A DNA stretch of 64,000 nt from Thiobacillus sp. (GTDB lineage Bacteria; Pseudomonadota; Gammaproteobacteria; Burkholderiales; Thiobacillaceae). A program made the position numbers and the translations under genes. Under the pieces are notes generated by a model. It ran no database searches and had not been told where the DNA came from. It saw only the letters and a list, made by a program, of their open reading frames with translations. Every line of letters begins with the position of its first letter. Positions within the stretch are counted from its first letter, which is position 1. Positions 53,759 to 62,444 of this stretch are shown piece by piece. The stretch lies in the NCBI GenBank assembly GCA_024708885.1, contig JANJXT010000046.1, positions 28,436 to 92,435 of the forward strand. The letters run 5' to 3'.

Positions 53759-54409
53759 TCAGTACCTCCGAAGGGTTGCATCAAGCAGCGCCGCCAGGCG
53801 ATCACCCGCCAGCTTCGCCACGTCCTCCACCGTTGCGCTGCCTGCCCTGCCGGACAGCTTCGCCGCGCCGGGTGCAACCTTCTCGATGTCGGAATGGATC
53901 AGCGCGGTGACGATGGCATCGCCGATGCTCGTCCGTGCCGCACGAGCAACGCATGTGATGTCATCCAGCGACGCCTGCTCTGTGGCGGCGTTCTTCACGA
54001 CGATCTTGGCCGCGCAGGCGGCTTGTTCGTTGAGGCGGGAATACTCGGCAATGACTTTCTGAAAATCAGCCAGTGCGGCGTCGATCTTCTTCGCCACAGC
54101 CACGCGCCGGGCCACCAAATCGACCGCCTCATCCCGCGCAGCAAATGCTGTTGCCAGCTTGGCGGCTGCGGCGTCTCGCGCTTCCTTGGTCTTGGCTCCG
54201 CTGAGCGCGGCATTGAAGAGACCGATCCGACGCTTGGTTGCGCTGATTGCGAACGAGGATTTTTCCTCGGCATCAAGCAGGTCGGGGTCTTCCGGGTTGG
54301 CGACCAGCTTCAGCGCAATCTGCTCATGCTCAGCCTGCAATTTCTCGACGTCGGCGAGGAGGATTTTCGTCTGTGCGGCGATCGTAGACGGGGAGGGGGT
54401 CATCATCAT
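53759..54409 (-). CDS. Alanine-rich alpha-helical/coiled-coil hypothetical protein
   Basis: 216 aa ORF with AAGGA RBS, coupled to both neighbours. Confidence 0.7.
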   Translation of the reverse strand: MMMTPSPSTIAAQTKILLADVEKLQAEHEQIALKLVANPEDPDLLDAEEKSSFAISATKRRIGLFNAALSGAKTKEARDAAAAKLATAFAARDEAVDLVARRVAVAKKIDAALADFQKVIAEYSRLNEQAACAAKIVVKNAATEQASLDDITCVARAARTSIGDAIVTALIHSDIEKVAPGAAKLSGRAGSATVEDVAKLAGDRLAALLDATLRRY

Positions 54410-54615
54410 TTCCTTTCGTGGGGTGGAGGCGGGTTGGTGGTGCGCTTGCAGTTCTCCAGCCAGGCGTCAACCTCGGCTGAGTCGTACCGGACACTCCCGC
54501 TCGGGAGTGCGTAAACTGCGACCGGCAACTGTCCACGGGACAGCATCCGGCGCACCGTGTCTTCGGAGACGCCACAGCGTTCGGCAACGCTGGCGATGGG
54601 TACAAGGCGGGCCAT
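54406..54615 (-). CDS. AlpA/excisionase-like HTH protein
   Basis: IASVAERCGVSEDTVRRM...SVRYDSAEVDAWL; AGGA RBS before ATG 54615. Confidence 0.8.
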   Translation of the reverse strand: MARLVPIASVAERCGVSEDTVRRMLSRGQLPVAVYALPSGSVRYDSAEVDAWLENCKRTTNPPPPHERK

Positions 54616-54680
54616 TAGGTTTCCTGCTGGTGTTTGCATTTCCGTGAGGCTATATGCGGGCACATGAGGTACGCGCACCG

Positions 54681-56432
54681 CTAGCCCCAAGCCGCTTGCC
54701 AGTCCTCGTCTTCCTGTGCCGTCCACTCGCGCCGTGGTGGTTCGGGTAGCGGCTCGGCTGCCAGTGCGTCGGGGTATTTCCGCAGCACATCGGCAGGTTT
54801 TTCATTTGGTGGCTGCGGACTTTGCGGACTTAGCGGACTTAGGCTATCCATGCGGGTTTCACCTATGTCCGCACCATGCGGACTTAGGGCGGACTTTGCG
54901 GACTTAGCTTTTACGTCCACACCAATGTCGCCCCTATGTCCGCCTAAGTCCGCAGATGGTGAATCGCCCGCAAATCCTGCATTGATGCCTATGTCCGCTA
55001 AGTCCGCTATGTCCGCATGGGTTGATGAAACCAAAGTCCGGTAGATCGTGCGGCCTTTGCCGGTCAGGCCATCCCGGCGCGGCAAGGTGATGGCTTCGAT
55101 CCTCGGCGGGGTTGCGTTCAGCAGCTCGGCTATGACGGCATCAAGCCCGCCAGAAGGTGCGCGCCGCCCGAAGCATTCATTGGTGATTTCCTTCCGTGTC
55201 GCCTCGCCCTTGGCGTTCAGGAATTCAAGCAGCTTCCCTGAGGATTCCGCCAGCCGTTCGGCGTCAACCTCTACGGCTGCGGCTTCCTTGAATATGTATC
55301 GAACCGAATCGGCGCAGTACGTGATCCAGGCCGCCGCAGCGGTGATGTGTTGAGCCTCGATCGTCAGGGATAGATCAGACAGCGCGAACAGCATCGACAG
55401 GCGTAGCAGCATCGGTGCGCGGCGTTCTAGAATGCCGTCAAGCTTCACACTGCCCGTGCCTTTGTTCAGGTCGCCGCGATAGAGCTTCTTGTAGGTAGCC
55501 TGGGCGTCCGCGCTCATGGTCATGCGTCGGGTGTCTGTTTCGTTCGGATAGCTGCCGCGCATGAACCGCAGAACCGCGTCGGTTCGATCAACCAACCGGC
55601 CCAACGTCGCCTCATCGGTTGCCTGCGGAAACGGAACCAGCCTTTCGCGCTCAGCCCAGAAAATCAGGAACCGGTTTGCAAAGCCGTTTGACAGCTCGCG
55701 CGCCTTCATCAGATCGTTCAACTCTGATGGTGTGATCGCCCCGGCAATCGCGATATGCGGGTCAGATGCCCAGGTGCGGGCCGTCTTGGTGGCTGGCTTG
55801 ATACTCACCCCATCCCATGCATCGCGCAGTGCCGAAGACAAGGTGTTGCCGTCGCGCTTGGCCTGCTGCAAGACGTTGGCAAACTCGCTTTCGACCACCC
55901 ACAGCCGCTTGTCGTCGATCGCCGGAGTTTCCTCTTTCCCTTGCAGAAAGCCGTCATGGATGAACATCACAAGGCCTTCGCGGCTGGATAGGCCGCCCGT
56001 ATGGACTTGGCCTAGAACGCTACCGCCCACCGTCCCGCGCTCGATCTCGCGCTTGTCTATGGCGTGTCGGATGCGATGCACCAGCGATAGCGCATCTCCT
56101 TTGCGCCCGCGACTGGAACGCCCAACGTGCAATGTGAACAGGCGCGCATGGTGGCGGGTGTTGCCGACAGGCAGGTAAACATCACGCCCGGCCATCGCTG
56201 ACAGAAACGACAGGAAGCCCATGCTCACGGCGTAACGGTTCGCCTCGGTCGTTGCAGCTGCCGTGTTGCCTACGTCGCCAGCCAAGCCGTACAGCATGGC
56301 TTCCGTTGGCCGTGGCTGGTTGATGGGTATGGCTTCATCCTCGTCCTCGATGAGTCCCATAAGCTCAGCAGCACGCTGGTCAAGAGAAGCCTGTCCGTTC
56401 GTGGTGCCGTCATCACGCTCTGGTCTAAACAT
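54681..56432 (-). CDS. DUF3987/YfjI-like replicative helicase
   Basis: LHVGRSSRGRKG P-loop, SSREGL, ESEF Walker B-like, LRDAWDG, GFANRFL. Confidence 0.8.
   Translation of the reverse strand: MFRPERDDGTTNGQASLDQRAAELMGLIEDEDEAIPINQPRPTEAMLYGLAGDVGNTAAATTEANRYAVSMGFLSFLSAMAGRDVYLPVGNTRHHARLFTLHVGRSSRGRKGDALSLVHRIRHAIDKREIERGTVGGSVLGQVHTGGLSSREGLVMFIHDGFLQGKEETPAIDDKRLWVVESEFANVLQQAKRDGNTLSSALRDAWDGVSIKPATKTARTWASDPHIAIAGAITPSELNDLMKARELSNGFANRFLIFWAERERLVPFPQATDEATLGRLVDRTDAVLRFMRGSYPNETDTRRMTMSADAQATYKKLYRGDLNKGTGSVKLDGILERRAPMLLRLSMLFALSDLSLTIEAQHITAAAAWITYCADSVRYIFKEAAAVEVDAERLAESSGKLLEFLNAKGEATRKEITNECFGRRAPSGGLDAVIAELLNATPPRIEAITLPRRDGLTGKGRTIYRTLVSSTHADIADLADIGINAGFAGDSPSADLGGHRGDIGVDVKAKSAKSALSPHGADIGETRMDSLSPLSPQSPQPPNEKPADVLRKYPDALAAEPLPEPPRREWTAQEDEDWQAAWG
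54815..55016. repeat. Iteron-like repeat cluster (putative origin) inside the helicase gene
   Basis: 12 copies of GCGGAC(T/A)T: six forward, six reverse, several at a 9-bp period. Confidence 0.75.
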
Positions 56433-56937
56433 GGTTCAGTCCTCCCGCATCCAGCGCCGCATTGATTCGGCCAACGGCCACCAGCAGACGATCCTTGTCG
56501 AATTGCGAGAACGGTTCACCCGCGATGATGGCCGCGCCCGCCAGCGCCACGATGGTTGCCTCGAATGCGACGGCGCGCAGAATGTCGGCAGCGGGAAACG
56601 GCCGCCGTTCAGGCTTGCCAACGTGCGCGGGATCATCAAGACGCGGCGGAAACAGCGCATCGAAGCTCAGCCCTATTGCGGCAAGAATCTCGGCCGGCGA
56701 ATCCCCGCCGAAGTCATGGATCAACACGCGTCCATCATCCAGCTCGCGGATAGTCATGCTCGGGCGCTTGTCGTCCCGCGTCGGACAGGACGCGACCCAT
56801 GTACTCGGGCCGGTGCGCTTGACGCGATTGAGCAGTGACAGCAGGTTGTCGATTGGGCTAAACTGCGGGCTGATTGTGCTGTGCTTAGCCGCTTTCTGCC
56901 CCTGCCAGGGCGAAGCGGCTTTTTGTTGGGGCGCCAT
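56425..56937 (-). CDS. Primase zinc-finger (CHC2-like) domain protein with degenerate ligands
   Basis: WVASCPTRDDKRPSMTI...GRVLIHDFGGD..EILAAIGL..LFP. Confidence 0.7.
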   Translation of the reverse strand: MAPQQKAASPWQGQKAAKHSTISPQFSPIDNLLSLLNRVKRTGPSTWVASCPTRDDKRPSMTIRELDDGRVLIHDFGGDSPAEILAAIGLSFDALFPPRLDDPAHVGKPERRPFPAADILRAVAFEATIVALAGAAIIAGEPFSQFDKDRLLVAVGRINAALDAGGLNHV

Positions 56938-56938
56938 G

Positions 56939-57217
56939 TCACTGCCCCCGGTGGGAATCGATCCAAGCCTCGAAGGCGTCCAGATCGATCAGCACCTTGC
57001 GGCCGATTTGAATCCATACGCCGGCAGGCCCGGTGCCGTTTCCCTTGATGATTTCGCCCCGGCTGTTGCTGCGGTCGAATGCGCGGAATTTCAGATCGCG
57101 CAGGGCATTGGCAGTGAACGCCGGATACATCGACGGCGCTTGCTCGATGGTGGCGAGGCGCTTGACTGGTGCGAGAGGTGCCCGATTCGGGGCGGTGGCT
57201 TCGGTGGTGGTGTGCAT
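56939..57217 (-). CDS. Excisionase-like small DNA-binding protein
   Basis: YPAFTANALR...IGRKVLIDLDAFEAWI; AAGGAG RBS. Confidence 0.7.
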   Translation of the reverse strand: MHTTTEATAPNRAPLAPVKRLATIEQAPSMYPAFTANALRDLKFRAFDRSNSRGEIIKGNGTGPAGVWIQIGRKVLIDLDAFEAWIDSHRGQ

Positions 57218-57316
57218 CGCTGCTCCTTTGGTTGACGGTGGACAAGTGGCGCGTGGGTTGCCGCTTGTTGACCGTCACTCTGGGCGATGCTTAATGCTGT
57301 GAAAACCTGCGACTTT

Positions 57317-57829
57317 TTATGAAATTCGCACCTTTCGCAGCCAATGCTCCACCTTCTCCCTGGTTGCACCCTTGATGCCGCATTCCCGCACTAGGAAATC
57401 GGCCGCAGCGTTGTAAGCGTTGTAATCCGTGGTCTTGGTCTTTGGGAAGCCACGCTCCGCGCAAAGTTCGACAGCCATCGGAACAAACTCCTTGAACGCA
57501 GTCGGCACCATCTGACGGCGCACGCCTTCAGGCGGATTTGCCTCAAGAACCTGCCAGGTGAAATAGCCAAGCACATTGCTTAAAGCCAGTCTATTCACCT
57601 CCCCAAGCGCAGCCAATTTCAGTTCTACCGCGTCCAGTGAGTCCTTGATGTGTCGCAGGCAATCCTCTACCTTCATCTCGCCATCGACATAGGCGCGCAG
57701 CCAAACCTCCTCGATGAATTTGATGGTCGCACGCCGATACCAGTCGGCCTCTGTCGGGTCTTTCGCTGCCAGCCTGGCTTGAGCTTCTGCGAACTGCTCC
57801 GGGCTGAAGAGAGGCTTCCCGCTACTCAT
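57317..57829 (-). CDS. Hypothetical protein coupled to the integrase
   Basis: 170 aa, ATGA overlap with the int stop; possible C-terminal HTH (AAADFL..GATREKVEHWL). Confidence 0.65.
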   Translation of the reverse strand: MSSGKPLFSPEQFAEAQARLAAKDPTEADWYRRATIKFIEEVWLRAYVDGEMKVEDCLRHIKDSLDAVELKLAALGEVNRLALSNVLGYFTWQVLEANPPEGVRRQMVPTAFKEFVPMAVELCAERGFPKTKTTDYNAYNAAADFLVRECGIKGATREKVEHWLRKVRIS

Positions 57830-58929
57830 TTCAACCCCATGCGCTCGGCCAGCTTGTCGCCAAGCTCCACCATGCGCCCCGGCGAAAGATGGCTGTAGCG
57901 GCTCACCATCGCCATCGTCTTGTGACCGAGGATCTTCGAGATTTCGAGCGGGCTTACTCCTTGCATCGCCAGATAGGAGGCGGTGGTGTGCCGCAGATCG
58001 TGCCAACGGAAGTCAGGGACGAATTTCCGCTTCTTGCCCTCACCCTCGTAATGCCCCAGGCCTGCCCGCTCGACTGCCGCTTCCCAAGGGGCGCGGAGGT
58101 CTAGCATCGTTGCCTTTGTGGCCCGCTCGGTGGGCGGAAACACGCGGTCGTCCTTCAGATTGCGAACCTTGCCCCGCTCTTGCAGCAGGGTGAAAGCCTC
58201 GCCCACAAGGGGCAGGGTGCGGGCTTCATTGTTCTTGGTCTCGCCGTGGCGCAAGCTGATGGCGCGGGCCTTGAAGTCGATTTGCGGCCAGCGCAGCCCC
58301 ATGACTTCCGATTTCCGTGCTCCGGTGGTGAGTGCCAGCACCACGGCCGCGTAAAGGTCTGTGTTGCTCGATTCCTTGCAGGCTTTCAGCAGGGCGGTGC
58401 GTTCATCGTCGGACAGGAATCTAACGCGGGCCTGACTGTGCCCCGGCTTGCTGGCCTTCTCGGTGGGGTTGCTGTTGAGCCATTGCAACTCCTTGACTCC
58501 ATACGCGAGACAGCTAGACAGGGCGGCCATGATGCGGGTGACAGTGCCGGCGTGGCGCGGCTTGCCCCGAACGGTGGTCTCTGCCAGCAGCTTGTCGCGC
58601 CCCTCGGCTATGCGGGCCGGGGTGATGTGGTCGAGCTGGCAGTCGCCAAGCAGGCGCAGCCACAGGGCCAGGTGGCGCTCAGTATCTCGCCAGCTTTTCA
58701 GGGTGTCTTTCTTCTGTGCCGTGTACCGCCCTATCAGCTCGCTCAGGGTGTGCCGCTTCGATGCGCCGAAGTGTCGCCCGGCCTTGATGTCGGCCTCGGT
58801 CTTGTTTGCCCATTCGCGGGCATCGGTCAGTCGGTCAAAGGTGGCGGTCTCAGGTGGGTGCCCCTTGAGGCGAATCATCACCCGGTATGCAGTGCCCTTG
58901 CCGGTGACGCGCTTCTGTATCGTTGCCAT
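57826..58929 (-). CDS. int: Tyrosine recombinase/integrase
   Basis: TGARKSE, HDLRHT, LGHKTMAMVSRY catalytic residues; N-terminal arm-binding-like domain. Confidence 0.95.
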   Translation of the reverse strand: MATIQKRVTGKGTAYRVMIRLKGHPPETATFDRLTDAREWANKTEADIKAGRHFGASKRHTLSELIGRYTAQKKDTLKSWRDTERHLALWLRLLGDCQLDHITPARIAEGRDKLLAETTVRGKPRHAGTVTRIMAALSSCLAYGVKELQWLNSNPTEKASKPGHSQARVRFLSDDERTALLKACKESSNTDLYAAVVLALTTGARKSEVMGLRWPQIDFKARAISLRHGETKNNEARTLPLVGEAFTLLQERGKVRNLKDDRVFPPTERATKATMLDLRAPWEAAVERAGLGHYEGEGKKRKFVPDFRWHDLRHTTASYLAMQGVSPLEISKILGHKTMAMVSRYSHLSPGRMVELGDKLAERMGLK

Positions 58930-59159
58930 CGCTGCCCCTGTTTTCAACTACTGGCCAAAGCATAGAACAGGGCACAACAATTAGCAACAAGGCATAGTCA
59001 ATGCGAAGAAATAAATCAGCAAGCCATTGAAACAACAACTAAAAGCATATGGAAGGTAGGAGAAAGGCACACTCACGGAACAGTGAGCGCGAAAAATGGC
59101 CGCAAATCGCCGTCCATGCGGGGCCGGAAGGCGAGGGGATCGTTGGGATTTTTCTGGCA

Positions 59160-59177
59160 GTGTGCCGCCAGTGTGCC
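59160..59177. repeat. Putative integrase arm-type site
   Basis: GTGTGCCGCCAGTGTGCC, identical to 52218-52235. Confidence 0.75.
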
Positions 59178-59182
59178 TTGGC

Positions 59183-59218
59183 AAAGAAAAAGGGGCTAGG
59201 CAAAAAGCCTAACCCCTT
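59183..59218 (-). terminator. Element-borne intrinsic terminator downstream of tRNA-Thr
   Basis: Minus strand hairpin AAGGGGTTAGGC-loop-GCCTAGCCCCTT followed by a T-rich tail. Confidence 0.75.
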
Positions 59219-59226
59219 GGTATTAC

Positions 59227-59302
59227 TGGTGCCGGCAAGAGGAGTCGAACCCCCGACCTTCGCATTACGAATGCGCTGCTCTACCAACTGAGCTATGCCG
59301 GC
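59227..59302 (-). tRNA. tRNA-Thr(CGT)
   Basis: GCCGGCATAGCTCAGTTGGTAGAGCA-GCGCA-TTCGTAA-TGCGA...GGTTCGACTCC..GCCGGCACCA; TATAAT at 59317-22 upstream. Confidence 0.97.
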
Positions 59303-59341
59303 GTAAGGCAGCGCGCATTATAGCGGAATCCGCAACCCGTT

Positions 59342-60730
59342 TTACAGGGCAGCCTTCAGTCGGCCGAGGACTTTTTCCCGGCCGATGAGTTCGAGCGTGG
59401 CGTCGATGGCTGGCGTCTGCGGCTCGCCCGCGACGAGCACGCGCACCGGCATCGCCAGCTTGGGCATCTTGAGAGCGTGCGCGGCGAGCGTTTCCTTGAA
59501 CGCGGCGCTGATCGCGCTGCGTTCCCAGCCGATGCCTTCGAGGCGGGCCGCCAGGTCGGCCAGGGCCGGCAGGACGTCCGCGGTGACGTGCTGGGCAAGC
59601 AGTTCGGGCGTCGCGTGCAGCGTGCGATAAAACAGGGTGGCGACGTCGGCGAGGTCCGCGATGGTGGCGGCGCGCTCCTTCACCAGGGCGATGACCGCAA
59701 CGAGGTCAGGGCCGTCGTCGGGATCGGCACCGTTGCGCAGCAGAAAGGGGCGGACCAGCCCGGCCAGACGCGCGTTGTCGGCGGCCCTGATGTACTGCTG
59801 GTTGAGCCAGCGCAATTTTTCCGTGTTGAACTGTGCCGCCGACGGCGTGATGTGGTCAAGATCGAACCACTCGACGAACTGCTCGCGGCTGAACACCTCT
59901 GCGTCGCCGTGCGACCAGCCCAGTCGCGCCAGGTAGTTGACGACCGCCTCCGGCAGGTAGCCTTCCTCGAAGTACTGCATGACCGAAACGGCGCCGTGGC
60001 GCTTGGACAGCTTGGTGCCGTCGTCGCCGAGGATCATCGACAGGTGCGCGTATTGCGGCACGCTGGCGCCGAGCGCCCTGAGGATATTGATCTGCCGCGG
60101 GGTGTTGTTGACGTGGTCGTCGCCGCGGATGACATGGGTGATCTGCATGTCCCAGTCGTCGACCACCACGCAGAAGTTGTAGGTCGGGGTGCCGTCGGCG
60201 CGCGCGACGACGAGGTCGTCGAGTTCGGCATTGGCAAACTCGATGCTGCCCTTGACCAGGTCCTTCCATGCCACCGTCCCCGCAGTGGGATTGCGGAAGC
60301 GCACCACCGGCTGCACGCCCGACGGCGCGACCGGCAGCGCCTTGCCGGGCTCGGGGCGCCAGGTGCCGTCGTAGCGGGGTTTCTCGTTGCGTGCGCGCTG
60401 CGCCTCGCGCATGGCGTCGAGTTCCTCGGGACTGCAATAGCAGTAGTAGGCATCGCCTTTCGCCAGCATCTGCTCGATGACTTCCTTGTAGCGGTACAGG
60501 CGCCGGGTCTGGTAGAACGGACCTTCGTCGTGATTGAGGTCGAGCCAGGCCATGCCGTCGAGAATCGCCTGCACCGCCTCGGGGGTCGAGCGGGCGATGT
60601 CGGTGTCCTCGATGCGCAGGATGAACTGGCCGCCGTGATGCCGCGCAAACGCCCACGAGAACAGCGCGGTGCGGGCGCCGCCGATGTGCAGGTAGCCGGT
60701 GGGGGAGGGGGCGAAGCGGGTGCGGATCAT
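59342..60730 (-). CDS. gltX: Glutamate--tRNA ligase
   Basis: [33 protein letters not shown]. Confidence 0.98.
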   Translation of the reverse strand: MIRTRFAPSPTGYLHIGGARTALFSWAFARHHGGQFILRIEDTDIARSTPEAVQAILDGMAWLDLNHDEGPFYQTRRLYRYKEVIEQMLAKGDAYYCYCSPEELDAMREAQRARNEKPRYDGTWRPEPGKALPVAPSGVQPVVRFRNPTAGTVAWKDLVKGSIEFANAELDDLVVARADGTPTYNFCVVVDDWDMQITHVIRGDDHVNNTPRQINILRALGASVPQYAHLSMILGDDGTKLSKRHGAVSVMQYFEEGYLPEAVVNYLARLGWSHGDAEVFSREQFVEWFDLDHITPSAAQFNTEKLRWLNQQYIRAADNARLAGLVRPFLLRNGADPDDGPDLVAVIALVKERAATIADLADVATLFYRTLHATPELLAQHVTADVLPALADLAARLEGIGWERSAISAAFKETLAAHALKMPKLAMPVRVLVAGEPQTPAIDATLELIGREKVLGRLKAAL

Positions 60731-60764
60731 GGCTCGGGCGGGGGCGAAAAAGCCATCATTCTAG

Positions 60765-60865
60765 CCGATCGCGATACGCGAAATTGACCGCAGCGGCCGG
60801 TGTGTGGGGTCGGATTCCGCCTGCGCCGGGCAGTTGGCTCAGCGGTAGAGCACTGCCTTCACACG
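60765..60865 (+). pseudogene. Duplicated promoter region plus 5' half of tRNA-Val(CAC)
   Basis: 60828-60865 matches 63200-63237 at 35/38 nt and stops after the anticodon loop; upstream CGCGAAATTGACCGC also duplicated. Confidence 0.85.
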
Positions 60866-61037
60866 AGTTCCCGTACACGCATGCACGCAACGTGGAGGGT
60901 CGCAGGCTCGCCCTCTCGAAACCGGCTCGGACGCCCCGCGATGCGCATCCATCCCGCGGGTGGCAGCGCATCGATGGACGGCGACGCGTCGATCGGCGAC
61001 TGTGCCGGGGCGGCTCGCGTCACGTGCGGTGCGCGTG

Positions 61038-62366
61038 CTATCCAAGCGCGCAGGTGCGAAACCCCGCGTAGACGTCGTTGCGGTGCGGCGGAAAGAAATT
61101 GCGCAGTGTGTTGTAGGCAAAGCGCGGCCGCGTCGCCCACGACCCGCCCTTCAGAACCTTGCGATAGCCGAACCAGGGTGCCGAATACTCCTTGTAGGGG
61201 AAGTCGATCGTGAATCCGGGGTAGGGATGGAAAGGACTCGCCGTCCATTCCCACACGTTGCCGAGCATCTGGCGGCAAGCCTGCGCGCTGTCGCCCGCCG
61301 CGCACGCGGCGACGTCCAGGCATCCCGCCGCGTGGGCGTCAAGGTTGGCGCGCGCGCCGTCGGCCTCTGCTTCACCCCAGGGATAGCGGCGTTTGGCGGT
61401 GGCGGCGCGCTCGCCGTGCGCGGCAGCGCTCGCGGCGAGTTCCCATTCGGCCTCGGTCGGTAGCCGTCGGCCCGCCCACTTGCACCACGCCTCGGCCTCG
61501 TGCCAGGTGACGTGGATCACCGGGGCGTGCGGCTCGAGCGCTACCATGCGATCGAAGTCGCGACGCAGCCAGCCGCCGTCCGCGCGCTGCCAGTAGATCG
61601 GGTGCTGCGCGCCGGTGCGCGTGCGCCAGTCCCAGCCCTGGCGGCTCCACAGCTCGCGCGCGAGATAGCCCGCGTCGTCCACGAAGGCGGCGAATTCGGC
61701 GTTGGTGACCGCAGCGCGCGCCATCCGGAACGGCGCGACGTCCACCGGGTGCGCCCACTTCTCGTTGTCGAAGACGAAGGGCGCATCACGGCGGGCGCCC
61801 AGTTCGAACCTGCCGCCGGCGATCACCACGTCCCCCGGCAGCGGACCGGAGGCTCCGACCGGCACCGGATTGCCACGGCCGGCAAACGGCGGCGCCGGGT
61901 AGGCGAGCGTCTGCCGCATGTAGGTGAAGGCCTCGCAATGCATGTCGGAGTGGATCAGCGCGAGCAGGTGCAGGTAGGTCTCTTCCGGACCTCCGGTGCT
62001 GCGCGTCAAGCGCTCCAGCACCGCGTCCTTGACCTGCTCCATGTAATCGAGCGTTGCGCGCCGGTCCGGCAGGTCGAGCCGCCAGCGTGCGTCGTGATCG
62101 ACGCTGAACGAATCGTACAGGTCGCCGGCGCGTGCCATGATCGGTGCGCGTTGCTCCAGGCGCTGCAGCACGAACACGTCGTAGAAGAACGCGCAGTGCC
62201 CGAGCTCCCAGAGAAACGGGTTGACCACTTCCAGCAGCGGTACGCCGAGCTGCACGTCGTGCAGGTCCGCGATGCAGGCAAGCGTGCGCTCATGGGACGC
62301 CTGGACCATCGCGGCAAGCTGCGACGCGGGCAACACGAAATGCTTGTCTTCGAGTTCTCGTTTCAT
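61038..62366 (-). CDS. SenA/EgtB-family non-haem iron sulfoxide/selenoxide synthase (DinB + FGE-sulfatase domains)
   Basis: NPFLWELGH, HSDMHCE, FVFDNE, RLPTEAEWE, GNVWEW, YKEYSAPWF, GFRTC. Confidence 0.85.
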   Translation of the reverse strand: MKRELEDKHFVLPASQLAAMVQASHERTLACIADLHDVQLGVPLLEVVNPFLWELGHCAFFYDVFVLQRLEQRAPIMARAGDLYDSFSVDHDARWRLDLPDRRATLDYMEQVKDAVLERLTRSTGGPEETYLHLLALIHSDMHCEAFTYMRQTLAYPAPPFAGRGNPVPVGASGPLPGDVVIAGGRFELGARRDAPFVFDNEKWAHPVDVAPFRMARAAVTNAEFAAFVDDAGYLARELWSRQGWDWRTRTGAQHPIYWQRADGGWLRRDFDRMVALEPHAPVIHVTWHEAEAWCKWAGRRLPTEAEWELAASAAAHGERAATAKRRYPWGEAEADGARANLDAHAAGCLDVAACAAGDSAQACRQMLGNVWEWTASPFHPYPGFTIDFPYKEYSAPWFGYRKVLKGGSWATRPRFAYNTLRNFFPPHRNDVYAGFRTCALG

Positions 62367-62444
62367 CGCCGTCTCCATCGCCACTCGCACGCCTCGATCT
62401 GCTGCAGCAGCCCCCCGAGTCCACCCGGCCCGGCGCACCCCTTA

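Larger units (their letters stand above)
52056..59273 (-). mobile_element. 7.17-kb integrative element in tRNA-Thr(CGT); putative phage satellite
   Basis: Identical 47-bp direct repeats at both ends, tyrosine integrase next to the tRNA, replication genes, 10 co-oriented ORFs, three resembling phage head/packaging proteins; no capsid, portal, TerL, tail or lysis genes. Confidence 0.92.

Noticed and set aside
52056-59273. Complete or simply degraded prophage, or a conjugative element
   Set aside because: Too small; it lacks capsid, portal, TerL, tail, lysis, relaxase and T4SS genes, and its ORFs are intact and tightly coupled with no visible gene fragments
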